64,000 nt of DNA from the NCBI GenBank assembly GCA_951406725.2, contig OX597819.1, forward strand, positions 88,846,001-88,910,000, in the 5' to 3' direction. The stretch comes from Octopus vulgaris (taxonomy: Eukaryota). The notes below the pieces were generated by a model. That model was given only the letters and a program-made list of their open reading frames with translations. It did not search any database and was not told the DNA's origin. The position numbers were made by a program, and so were the translations under genes. Shown here one piece after another: positions 37,294-51,227 of the stretch. The number at the start of each line of letters is the position of its first letter. The stretch's first letter is position 1.

Positions 37294-38700
37294 GTGGGGT
37301 TATGCATAATTGACTGTAGATATAAAACAAATAGGTATAGAAAACAAAAAGTAGTAACATGTCTATCATCATCAACATATAATGTTTATTTTTGCTATGC
37401 TGGTGTAGGTAGGATGGTTTGACAGAAGACTGCACCAAGCTCCAATGTCTGTTTTGATATGATATCTGCTCTTTCCTAATGCCAATCATAATATTAACAA
37501 TAATAATAATAATAATGATAATAATTCTTTCTACTATAGGCACAAGGCCTGAAATTTTGGGGGAGAGGCCAGTCAATTAGATCAACCCCAGTACACAATT
37601 GGTACTTAATTTATGGGCCCCAAAAGGATGAAAGGCAAAGTGGACTCTGGCAGAATTTGAACTCAGAACTGCCAACTCACTGCCTTAATTAATAATAACA
37701 ACAGTTTCAAATTTTGATACAAGGCCAGCAATTTTGGGGGAGGATGTCAGTTGATTACACTGACCCAAATGCTTGAAAGGCAAAGCTGACTTCAGCTGAA
37801 TTTGAATTCAGAACATAAACATGGACAAAATCTGGCTAAGCATTTTGCCTGGCATGCTAATGGTTCTGCCAGCTCACCGCCTTATTGATAATAATAATGA
37901 TTTCAAATTTTGGCACAAGGCCAGCAAGTTCAGGGGAGGAAACCAGTTGATTACATCAACCTCAGTGCTCAACTGGTACTTATTTTATCAAAGCATGAAA
38001 GGTAAAGTTGACCTTGGTGGAATTTGAACTCAGAACAAAAAGATGGATGAAATGCCACTAAGCACACAGCCCAGCATGCTAATGGTTCTGTCGGGTCACT
38101 ACCTTGTTCATAATAATAACAATAATCCTTTCTACTGTAAGCACAAATTTGTGCTGCAAAGTGGCTGAGCTCCTTTCGAGTGTTGGGCCTCATGGAGGTG
38201 AGGTAGCTGAGTTCCTTTTGAGTGTGGGGCCTCATGGAGGCAATGACCAAGACCTTTGGCATTATGTTGTGCTTGAGAAGAAGACCCATCAAGCCAAGCA
38301 AAATCGCAGTTGTGGAAGTTACCGGTGTCATGCAAATGACATTTGTTCTGGTGGCATGTAAAAGCATCCATTATACTCTCAAAGTAGTTAGCATTAGGAA
38401 GGGCATCCGGCTGTAGAAAACCATGCCAAATCAGACTGGAGCCTGGTGCAGCTATCCAGCATGCCAGCTCATCCAACCCATGCCAGTATGGACAACGGAT
38501 ATTAAATGGTGATGGTGATGATGATGATGATATATGTGACAGATTTCTACCCAGTTTTGGTCTACCCAATTCACTCACAAGACATTGGTCAGTAGGTGGT
38601 TATAGTAGAAGACACTTGCCCAAGGTGCCAGACAATGGGTCTGAACCCAAGACCACATTGTTGGGAAGCAAGTTCTCAACCACACAGCCAATGCCTGCAC

Positions 38701-38733
<33 letters not shown>

Positions 38734-40889
38734 GACACACACACACACACAAAATGAAGATGAGAATGAAGCCCATGGAGCACTAACACAGCAGAGTGTC
38801 ATATACTCTTTCTGCTAATCTGGATGTGAAAAGAGATGACCTCAGAGATGCAATCATTATTGCCATCTTCAAGAAAGGTTGCAATTCAGACTGGAAGGCC
38901 AATAGACTTAGTACTAAATGTATACTGGAGTTAATTCAATAAACTATGTTCCCACCTGACATATCGCTGGCTTTATATCTAAATTTTAAATTATTAGTAG
39001 CATCATTACTAATACGCCAACATAATATGAAATAAATTTGGTATTCCAGAAACATATGCTCAAAATGCATATTGTGTGGCTGTAGCATCAAACTCCAAGA
39101 AGAAAAATCCCATTAGAATGTTTAACTCTGGTAGTCATAAGATTGAAAAGACATAGCTTGTTGATATTTCAAAGTGGAACCTTAATTCACGCAGGGTTGA
39201 GAAAATTTTTGATATTAGTTTATCGATAATTCTTTAATGAATGTAAAGCTAATGCTAAAATGCAAAGTTATTCAATCCCTAGAAATCAAGACATTTTTAT
39301 ATACGACTATAAACTCTTTTTTTCCTTTCTTGTTATCACAGTGACTAGATGTGACATCCGCAAACTCTTCTGCATTAAAACCAACCATATCAGGCCCAAA
39401 TATTCTACTTGCTTTATCTTCAAACCAGTCAGACCCTGTCTCTCATACCTACCCTATAATGTCATTCTAAAGATATACAACCACATCATAAAAATATTGA
39501 AGCTACAAGATAATGCATGGTTATTTTAAAACAACATGAATAACTAAGCATTACATTTGACAGACTAATTTGAATGCTAAAGGGTTAAGGATCTTTAAAA
39601 CTGCATTGCCAATTCAATACAATATTCTCAAGAACTAGAAGCATATCCTTTAAAGTTTTACTCCATAGAGCAAGAGACTCTCTTTTCTCTCTATTACTTG
39701 TTTCAGTCATTTGACTGCGGCCATGCTGGAGCACCGCCTTTAGTCAAGCAAATTGACCCCAGGACTTATTCTTTGTAAGCCTAGTACTTATTCTATCGGT
39801 CTCTTTTGCCGAACTGCTAAGTTACAGGGACATAAACACACCAGCATCCGTTGTCAAGCAGTGTTGGGGGGACAAACACAGATACACAAACACACACACA
39901 CATATATATACATATATACGACAAGCTTCTTTCAGTTTCCGTCTACCAAATCCACTCACAAGGCTTTGGTCGGCCCGAGGCTATAGTAGAAGACACTTGC
40001 CCAAGGTGCCACGCAGTGGGACTGAACCCAGAACCATGTGGTTGGTAAGCAAGCTACTTACCACACAGCCACTCCTGCTCCTATATATATAATTTTAAAT
40101 GTCTAATTGTTTCAGAATAGTAATAGTGTTTAACAAAATAATTTCTCAAACTAGTAACCTCATCTTTAATAATGTATGCTTACTATATTTACAATGCACT
40201 CCATTCTGATTAACCTCCAGTTGTTATAAAGGTGTTCTGTTCCTGGATGCATAACAGTTGGTTTTGAAATAAAGGTCCTTGGTTTAAACCTACTCTGATA
40301 CACATCAGATAATGATTGGAAATGAAATTGGTTAAAACTCAGTGCAGATGTAAAAATACACTCTAAAGATGAAGCTTATAACTTGCAAATAATCTTAACC
40401 CAATACATGCTCAAAGTATATAAATATACTGCATAATTCTTTAATTATGATCATTATTATTCACAATAAAAACAGTTATTTCTCACACTGATTACAAGGT
40501 CTTCAATTTTTACAAGAAAGACATCACTGTCTGAAGCAGCCTTGGTCCCTTTCGTTTATCTTAAAAGGATGGAAATCAAAAAGCAAAGCTGACCCCTTTA
40601 CGGTTTGAACTTAGAACGACAAGGGATAATGTTAAATATACTTTTTCCGTTTTTGCTGAGTTCAGACAATTGGCTGTAACCACATAGAGGAACTACCATC
40701 AAAAAGTGAGCTGATGCTTATGGCTTAAATAAAAAAGCATGTACTCATCTGGTCATACCATGCTGTTTTGACTCAATCAGACAGACTCTATCAATACAAA
40801 ATTCTTTCATGCTGCAAATGGGGAAGCAATCTGCTATATGATTGGCTGTCATAGTTACCCAACCTACTGAGAATCACTGCAGCAATATT

Positions 40890-42460
40890 GTTTTAAATAT
40901 TGACACAAGGCCAACAATTTTAGTGGGAGGGTTAGTTGATTGCATCATCCCCAGTCCTAAAATGGTAATTATTCTATTGAACTTGAAAGGATGAAAAGCA
41001 ATGTTGACCTCAGTGAAATTTGAACTCTGAATGTAAAAAGTTGGAAAAAACACTGCAAGGCTTGTTGTCCAACACTCTAACAATTCTGCCAACTTGCCAC
41101 AGCTATAATAATTATAGAGATTTCTAGAATAGGTCCAAGATAATAAATTCACAGGGAAGGAAAGGGATCTAAATAATTTTTTAGGTTCAGCACTTCATCA
41201 GTGTTTATTTTACCAACTGTGAGGATGAAATGCAAAGATGAAACCCTGTGGCAATATTTGAAGTACAAGGATGTAATAAAGCACCACAAGACATTTTGTC
41301 TGATGCTCTACTAATTAAGCCATTTACAACACTTTTGGTTATAAGAATAATTCTTTCTAATTTTGACACAAGGCCATTAATATTGACATTGATGATGATG
41401 ATTAACCCCAGCACTTGACTATGTATTTTAATGAACCCAGAAGAATGAAAAGCAAAGTTGACTCAGGTGGAATTTGAACTCAAAATGTTTAACAGCATTT
41501 CTTCTGACTCATTATGCTAATGATTCTACTAGCTCACTGACTGATGATAATAATAATAATAATTATCCTTTCTACAATAAGCACAAGACCTGAAATTTGG
41601 GGGAAGGGATAGTCAATTTTATTGGGCCCCAGTACTCAACTGGTACTTATTTTATTGACCCTGAAAGGATGAAAGGAAGAGTCAACCCTGGCAGCATTTG
41701 AACTCAGAACATGACGATGGACAAAATGATTTAGTCAGCTTACCACCTTAATAATAATAATGATGGTTTCAAATTTTGGCACAAAACCAGCAACTTCTGG
41801 GGTGGGGTAAGTTGTTTACATCAACCCCCAGCACTCAACTGGTACTTATTTTAATGACATCAAAATGATGAAAGGAAAAGTTGACCTCAGCAGAATTTGA
41901 ACTCAGAATGTGAAGACAGACAAAATGCCACTAAGTATGTTGCCTGGCACGCTAACAATTCTGCCAGCTCACCACCATAACAATAATAATAATATAATAA
42001 TAATAATAATAATAATAATTAGAAGAATAAGAATTTTGTTTATTTAAGATAAAGGCCAGCAATGGTGTATGAGAAGCAATGTTGACCATGGCAAGATTTG
42101 AACTCAGAACATAAAGAGACCAAACTAAATATCACAAAGCATTTTACCCAACACTTTAATGATTCTGCCAATTCACAGCCCTAAAACCTGGTGTTACCTC
42201 TGGCCTTGCCAGTTCTTGTCAAGCTGTCCAACCCATGCCAGCATGAAAAACAGACATTAAATGATGATGATGTGATTCAAGCACAGGCACAAGGCCCAAA
42301 GTTTGGTTGTGGGAGTGGGTGTGGGTGGGTTAGTCCAGTAAATTGCCCCTAATATTTGACTCTGGTGGGGTTTGAACTCAAAAGAACTGTAACTAAATAC
42401 CACAAGGTATTTTTCTTTTTTACCATCATTCTTATGATTCTGCCAATAACAATAATAATA
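40890..42460 (-). mobile_element. Head-to-tail array of family D SINEs (Deu/Nin-domain-like) with (ATT)n tails
   Basis: Repeated units of about 190 bp (ggcacaaggcc ... ctggtactt ... gatgaaaggcaaagt ... tttgaactcagaa ... ttctgccagctc) separated by (AAT)n. Similar arrays at 3790-4365, 37520-38110, 46485-47070, 50100-51660, 55030-55830 and 61510-61935. Confidence 0.8.
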
Positions 42461-43100
42461 GTGACTACAAAAACATGATATTATTAGTACTAAAATAACA
42501 AACCATTATTTTGCCTTTAACAAATCACTACCTCAATTACTCATATTTAATTCTGCCACCACCACCACAACCAAAATAATACTAACACATCACAAATAAT
42601 ACCAAAATTGAAATAACAGTGGAGATTCTATTATTACTACTAAGATAATAATATCAACACTTCACAAATTACACTAATATAACAACACCGAGTACGTTGC
42701 TACCACCATTGAGATAATAATTCTGACATAGTCACTAATGGTAAATATAACAGCAACAATGAGCTAACAATGGTGGCTCTCTCTATGATTGATTCATCCG
42801 CTAGAAATAGCAGACAAATTTTCCCCTTACATCATACTCCCTTTCTCCACCATCTTAACACACACATATGCAAAAAAAAAAAAAAAAAAAAAGGAAGAGA
42901 AAGAAAAGATGTTCGATAATACAGTTCAAGACATAGAGCGGTTGAATAAGAAATGGTATATATTCATAGCTGGAATGTCTTTGATCACAGGTCTATTTGA
43001 TTAAAGCTGACTTGAGGCAAAACAACAACAACAACAACAGAGACATCACCACTGGAACTATTATTACTATTATTATTATTATTATTATTATAACAACAAC

Positions 43101-43200
43101 NNNNNNNNNNNNNNNNNNNNNNNNNNNNNNNNNNNNNNNNNNNNNNNNNNNNNNNNNNNNNNNNNNNNNNNNNNNNNNNNNNNNNNNNNNNNNNNNNNNN
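43101..43200. other. Assembly gap (100 N)
   Basis: Run of N characters. Confidence 1.
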
Positions 43201-44007
43201 TGTTGAGCTGCCTGGCCCGCCAACAAACATATTATCAATACAATATTCTCTTTCCTATAAATTTCATATTAAAAAATATGATGATGATGATCATCATCAT
43301 CATCAGATATGATGGACGATGGTAATGATGATGAAAGTTTTAAGGATGATGATGATGATGATGATGATAACGGTGGTGGTTGTGGTGGTGGTAGTGGTGG
43401 TGATACTGATGATTGGTCTGTTGGTGCTTTGCTAGAGAAGATCAAAGTAAAAATAAAATGTGGCTTCTCTTATTAATAAATGAATTGGTGTGTCCTCATG
43501 AAAGAGAGCTTATATGTGGTCTGATTGGAAAATTCTGTTTTCCAATCAAACCATATATTCTTTATCTTTCTTTTTCTTCTTTTTTTCCTTAATATGAAAT
43601 ATGCTGCTATCACCATACTTTTTATATGGGCTAATCTGGCTTTTGGTGATCGAAACTAATCATAACATCATTAGTAAACACACTGCTAGCAACAACCTCA
43701 AACTCTATTGAAAACAAATGAGTCATTTGAACCAACAAGAAGAGCCATGATAGAGTTGCTCAACTTCCAAGAAATGGCAGCTGCACATTGCTTAAATCAT
43801 ACAACCTTTACTTTATCAGAAATAAAAAAATAAATACAAGTCTAGTCATGGCTATGTGGTAAGAAGCATGCTTCCCAAACACATGGTTCCAGGTTCAGTC
43901 CCACAGCATGGCACCTTGGGCAAGTGTCTTCTACCATAGCCTTGGGCTGACCAAAACATGGTGAGTGGATTTAGTAGATTTGGTAGACAGAAACTGAAAG
44001 ACGCTTG

Positions 44008-44057
<50 letters not shown>

Positions 44058-44716
44058 CTGGATCATCCCATAAATAATATGGATTTTTAAAAATATTTCT
44101 TTTATTTTTCAAAATTCAGATAAAAAGTTCTTTTTTAATCTAAAATATTCTCCCCTTCATTTTCTACAATGCTCTTCCATCTATCTGGTAGACTTGCAAG
44201 GCCCCTCTTCCAAAATTCATCTGTCCGTTCCAAAAATACTCCTCCAGTACTGTTCTGAACTCATCTACAGAATTCATATTTTTTCCAGCTAAATGATTTT
44301 GAAGACTGCAGAATAAATGATTATCAGATGGGGCAATGTCTGACGAATACGATGGGTGGAGCATCGTTTCCCATTCAAACTGCTCCAGCCTTTGGAATGT
44401 CATCCTCATTGTATGTAGCCGAGCATTATCCTGATGGAAGAACACCTTTTGTCTTGAAACCAAAGACAGTCATTTTTCTTCAAGCACTGCCTTAAACCGA
44501 TCAAGCTGCTTGCAGTAGATCTCCTTTGTTATCATTTGGTTTGGGTTTAAAAGTTCAAAGTGGACTAAACTTTCCATATCCTACCAAACAGATAACATCT
44601 TATGCAGGTGAAGACCTTCTTTAGCCAGGAGTGTCAGTGTTTCTCCTTTCCCTACCCATGTCTTTGGTGCTTGACATTTTTACAGAGAATCCATTTCTCA
44701 TCACCAGTCACTATTT
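44058..44716 (-). mobile_element. Mariner (DD34D) relic, duplicate copy
   Basis: Near-identical to 34992-35650 as part of the 9 kb duplication. Confidence 0.85.
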
Positions 44717-45599
44717 GGAGCTACCCCTAAGTATCAAGCCAATTACCATTTTATTCTCCAACAATCACTATTTTGAGTCACCTTGGATTCACCATTTGAC
44801 AAGTGTGATACCTGATGTGGCCAATTGATTCTTCAGGATCTTGATCATGCACCTCTTACAGCTCACTCACTTGGAATCAGGCAGGATACAGTGACTGGTT
44901 GCATTAGTCCAGGTTGGATGACATCTAGAGGGTTCTGACCAACCTGCATTGGCAATCCTGGGTAAGGGGATTGTTGAGCTGATGAATGCACCCTTTGGAT
45001 ATGTGGTACCGTCTACTTTAAAACATACTGGTACAAGCTACAGCCACTGGATTGGGACAGGGCCTCCTCCATGCCTTTGCTATAGTGAGTACACCCTCAT
45101 GGTACCACCCTCATTAAAAACAAAGAAATGATTTCTTTTTGGTAAAGTAGCCTAATGCCACACAGTGAGAATGAGTCTGAAACCAAATAGTTGGGAAAAG
45201 AACTTAACCACATGACCATATAAATGATTTACCTTTCTCAGACTTTTTCTTTGTACTAGGAAAAACGAAGACAGACACATGTGCACACACAGACACACGG
45301 ATTATTTTGTATCTAATCAAAATTTGAGTATTCATGAAGTTTGTGTGTGTGTATACATGTGTGAAGGAGCATGTACATGTATCTGTGGGAGTGTGCATGT
45401 GTAAGTGTTGGTGCATATATGTGTGTGTGGGCACTTGTGTGGGGGGATGCATGTGTGTGTAGGGTGCATGTGTGTGTGAGAGGGTGGATCTGTGTGGGAG
45501 TTGCATGTGTGTGTGGGTAGGTGGGTAGTTGGGTCTGTGTGTGTGTGAGTGTGTGTGCACATGTGTGTAAGTCTTAATGCACAAACAGAAGGAAGAATA

Positions 45600-45647
<48 letters not shown>

Positions 45648-46223
45648 GTAGAACCTATTCATTCATGGCGGCTCATTCATTCTATCACTACCCAGCGCTT
45701 ATGTCGTTCTGTCACCTGGAGGATTCCTAACAGCAAGAAAACACTGAGAAGTAACTACAACAACAGTGCACTGAGAGTACTATTTCTTTTGTTTTTATTA
45801 CCACCACATGTGTGTATGTGTATGTGTGTGTATGCATATGTCTATGTGAAAAAATGAGAAAAAGAAAAAAGAGAGAGAGAAAGCACAGGGTTAGTACTCC
45901 TATTGATTAGTGGTGTTGTAGGTGACAAAAGACATTTCTGCAAACAGTGTACTGCAGTTCACTACTGCAGTACAGACTGCTAATTTCACCTTCAATATGT
46001 CTCTGCAACTGAATATGTTAATAAATTTTTGTTATTTGTAGCATAATTCACAGCTTGTAAATAGCATAGGGACTGCTACATGAAAGCTTGTCAATGCTAC
46101 AAGCGAAATCTCAACTACCACCAACTCAAAAACTATATCACCAACAATAACGATTATGATTTCTTTTATTCGCCACAAGGGTGGCAGTTAAAAGAGACTG
46201 TACAAGAACAAATTACAAAAGCT

Positions 46224-46254
<31 letters not shown>

Positions 46255-47923
46255 GTGGGGTTATGCATAATTGACTGTAGATATAAAACAAATAGGTATA
46301 GAAAACAAAAAGTAGTAACATGTCTATCATCATCAACATATAATGTTTCATTTTTGCTATGCTGGTGTAGGTAGGATGGTTTGACAGAAGACTGCACCAA
46401 GCTCCAATGTCTGTTTTGATATGATATCTGCTCTTTCCTAATGCCAATCATAATATTAACAATAATAATAATAATAATGATAATAATTCTTTCTACTATA
46501 GGCACAAGGCCTGAAATTTTGGGGGAGCGGCCAGTCAATTAGATCAACCCCAGTACACAATTGGTACTTAATTTATGGGCCCCAAAAGGATGAAAGGCAA
46601 AGTGGACTCTGGCAGAATTTGAACTCAGAACTGCCAACTCACTGCCTTAATTAATAATAACAACAGTTTCAAATTTTGATACAAGGCCAGCAATTTTGGG
46701 GGAGGATGTCAGTTGATTACACTGACCCAAATGCTTGAAAGGCAAAGCTGACTTCAGCTGAATTTGAATTCAGAACATAAACATGGACAAAATCTGGCTA
46801 AGCATTTTGCCTGGCATGCTAATGGTTCTGCCAGCTCACCGCCTTATTGATAATAATAATGATTTCAAATTTTGGCACAAGGCCAGCAAGTTCAGGGGAG
46901 GAAACCAGTTGATTACATCAACCTCAGTGCTCAACTGGTACTTATTTTATCAAAGCATGAAAGGTAAAGTTGACCTTGGTGGAATTTGAACTCAGAACAA
47001 AAAGATGGATGAAATGCCACTAAGCACACAGCCCAGCATGCTAATGGTTCTGTCGGGTCACTACCTTGTTCATAATAATAACAATAATCCTTTCTACTGT
47101 AAGCACAAATTTGTGCTGCAAAGTAGCTGAGCTCCTTTCGAGTGTTGGGCCTCATGGAGGTGAGGTAGCTGAGTTCCTTTTGAGTGTGGGGCCTCATGGA
47201 GGCAATGACCAAGACCTTTGGCATTATGTTGTGCTTGAGAAGAAGACCCATCAAGCCAAGCAAAATCGCAGTTGTGGAAGTTACCGGTGTCATGTAAATG
47301 ACATTTGTTCTGGTGGCATGTTAAAGCATCCATTATACTCTCGAAGTAGTTAGCATTAGGAAGGGCATCTGGCTGTAGAAAACCATGCCAAATCAGACTG
47401 GAGCCTGGTGCAGCTATCCAGCATGCCAGCTCGTCCAACCCATGCCAGTATGGACATCATCATCATCATCACCATCGTCGTTTAGCGTCCGTTTTCCATG
47501 CTAGCATGGGTTGGACGGTTCTACTGGGGTCTGTGAAGCCAGAAGGCTTCATCAGGCCCAGTCAAATCTGGCAGTGTTTCTACGGCTGGATGCCCTTCCT
47601 AACGCCAACCACTCCGTGAGTGTAGTGGGTGCTTTTTACATGCCACCCGCACAGGTGCCAGACAGAGCTGGCAAACGGCCACGAACGGATGGTGCTTTTT
47701 ATGTGCCACCGGCACAACGGATATTAAATGGTGATGGTGATGATGATGATGATATATGTGACAGATTTCTACCCAGTTTTGGTCTACCCAATTCACTCAC
47801 AAGACATTGGTCAGTAGGTGGTTATAGTAGAAGACACTTGCCCAAGGTGCCAGAAAATGGGTCTGAACCCAAGACCACATTGTTGGGAAGCAAGTTCTCA
47901 ACCACACAGCCAATGCCTGCACC

Positions 47924-47963
<40 letters not shown>

Positions 47964-50900
47964 AAATGAAGATGAGAATGAAGCCCATGGAGCACTAACA
48001 CAGCAGAGTGTCATATACTCTTTCTGCTAATCTGGATGTGAAAAGAGATGACCTCAGAGATGTAATCATTATTCCCATCTTCAAGAAAGGTTGCAATTCA
48101 GACTGGAAGGCCAATAGACTTAGTACTAAATGTATACTGGAGTTAATTCAATAAACTATGTTCCCACCTGACATATCGCTGGCTTTATATCTAAATTTTA
48201 AATTATTAGTAGCATCATTACTAATACGCCAACATAATATGAAATAAATTTGGTATTCCAGAAACATATGCTCAAAATGCATATTGTGTGGCTGTAGCAT
48301 CAAACTCCAAGAAGAAAAATCCCATTAGAATGTTTAACTCTGGTAGTCATAAGATTGAAAAGACATAGCTTGTTGATATTTCAAAGTGGAACCTTAATTC
48401 ACGCAGGGTTGAGAAAATTTTTGATATTAGTTTATCGATAATTCTTTAATGAATGTAAAGCTAATGCTAAAATGCAAAGTTATTCAATCCCTAGAAATCA
48501 AGACATTTTTATATACGACTATAAACTCTTTTTTTCCTTTCTTGTTATCACAGTGACTAGATGTGACATCCGCAAACTCTTCTGCATTAAAACCAACCAT
48601 ATCAGGCCCAAATATTCTACTTGCTTTATCTTCAAACCAGTCAGACCCTGTCTCTCATACCTACCCTATAATGTCATTCTAAAGATATACAACCACATCA
48701 TAAAAATATTGAAGCTACAAGATAATGCATGGTTATTTTAAAACAACATGAATAACTAAGCATTACATTTGACAGACTAATTTGAATGCTAAAGGGTTAA
48801 GGATCTTTAAAACTGCATTGCCAATTCAATACAATATTCTCAAGAACTAGAAGCATATCCTTTAAAGTTTTACTCCATAGAGCAAGAGACTCTCTTTTCT
48901 CTCTATTACTTGTTTCAGTCATTTGACTGCGGCCATGCTGGAGCACCGCCTTTAGTCAAGCAAATTGACCCCAGGACTTATTCTTTGTAAGCCTAGTACT
49001 TATTCTATCGGTCTCTTTTGCCGAACTGCTAAGTTACAGGGACATAAACACACCAGCATCCGTTGTCAAGCAGTGTTGGGGGGACAAACACAGATACACA
49101 AACACACACACACATATATATACATATATACGACAAGCTTCTTTCAGTTTCCGTCTACCAAATCCACTCACAAGGCTTTGGTCGGCCCGAGGCTATAGTA
49201 GAAGACACTTGCCCAAGGTGCCACGCAGTGGGACTGAACCCAGAACCATGTGGTTGGTAAGCAAGCTACTTACCACACAGCCACTCCTGCTCCTATATAT
49301 ATAATTTTAAATGTCTAATTGTTTCAGAATAGTAATAGTGTTTAACAAAATAATTTCTCAAACTAGTAACCTCATCTTTAATAATGTATGCTTACTATAT
49401 TTACAATGCACTCCATTCTGATTAACCTCCAGTTGTTATAAAGGTGTTCTGTTCCTGGATGCATAACAGTTGGTTTTGAAATAAAGGTCCTTGGTTTAAA
49501 CCTACTCTGATACACATCAGATAATGATTGGAAATGAAATTGGTTAAAACTCAGTGCAGATGTAAAAATACACTCTAAAGATGAAGCTTATAACTTGCAA
49601 ATAATCTTAACCCAATACATGCTCAAAGTATATAAATATACTGCATAATTCTTTAATTATGATCATTATTATTCACAATAAAAACAGTTATTTCTCACAC
49701 TGATTACAAGGTCTTCAATTTTTACAAGAAAGACATCACTGTCTGAAGCAGCCTTGGTCCCTTTCGTTTATCTTAAAAGGATGGAAATCAAAAAAGCAAA
49801 GCTGACCCCTTTACGGTTTGAACTTAGAACGACAAGGGATAATGTTAAATATACTTTTTCCGTTTTTGCTGAGTTCAGACAATTGGCTGTAACCACATAG
49901 AGGAACTACCATCAAAAAGTGAGCTGATGCTTATGGCTTAAATAAAAAAGCATGTACTCATCTGGTCATACCATGCTGTTTTGACTCAATCAGACAGACT
50001 CTATCAATACAAAATTCTTTCATGCTGCAAATGGGGAAGCAATCTGCTATATGATTGGCTGTCATAGTTACCCAACCTACTGAGAATCACTGCAGCAATA
50101 TTGTTTTAAATATTGACACAAGGCCAACAATTTTAGTGGGAGGGTTAGTTGATTGCATCATCCCCAGTCCTAAAATGGTAATTATTCTATTGAACTTGAA
50201 AGGATGAAAAGCAATGTTGACCTCAGTGAAATTTGAACTCTGAATGTAAAAAGTTGGAAAAAACACTGCAAGGCTTGTTGTCCAACACTCTAACAATTCT
50301 GCCAACTTGCCACAGCTATAATAATTATAGAGATTTCTAGAATAGGTCCAAGATAATAAATTCACAGGGAAGGAAAGGGATCTAAATAATTTTTTAGGTT
50401 CAGCACTTCATCAGTGTTTATTTTACCAACTGTGAGGATGAAATGCAAAGATGAAACCCTGTGGCAATATTTGAAGTACAAGGATGTAATAAAGCACCAC
50501 AAGACATTTTGTCTGATGCTCTACTAATTAAGCCATTTACAACACTTTTGGTTATAAGAATAATTCTTTCTAATTTTGACACAAGGCCATTAATATTGAC
50601 ATTGATGATGATGATTAACCCCAGCACTTGACTATGTATTTTAATGAACCCAGAAGAATGAAAAGCAAAGTTGACTCAGGTGGAATTTGAACTCAAAATG
50701 TTTAACAGCATTTCTTCTGACTCATTATGCTAATGATTCTACTAGCTCACTGACTGATGATAATAATAATAATAATTATCCTTTCTACAATAAGCACAAG
50801 ACCTGAAATTTGGGGGAAGGGATAGTCAATTTTATTGGGCCCCAGTACTCAACTGGTACTTATTTTATTGACCCTGAAAGGATGAAAGGAAGAGTCAACC

Positions 50901-51194
50901 CTGGCAGCATTTGAACTCAGAACATGACGATGGACAAAATGATTTAGTCAGCTTACCACCTTAATAATAATAATGATGGTTTCAAATTTTGGCACAAAAC
51001 CAGCAACTTCTGGGGTGGGGTAAGTTGTTTACATCAACCCCCAGCACTCAACTGGTACTTATTTTAATGACATCAAAATGATGAAAGGAAAAGTTGACCT
51101 CAGCAGAATTTGAACTCAGAATGTGAAGACAGACAAAATGCCACTAAGTATGTTGCCTGGCACGCTAACAATTCTGCCAGCTCACCACCATAAC

Positions 51195-51227
<33 letters not shown>

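Noticed and set aside
40890-42460. Regularly spaced repeats resembling a CRISPR array
   Set aside because: The units are diverged SINEs of about 190 bp in eukaryotic DNA, with no short identical repeats, unique spacers or cas genes.
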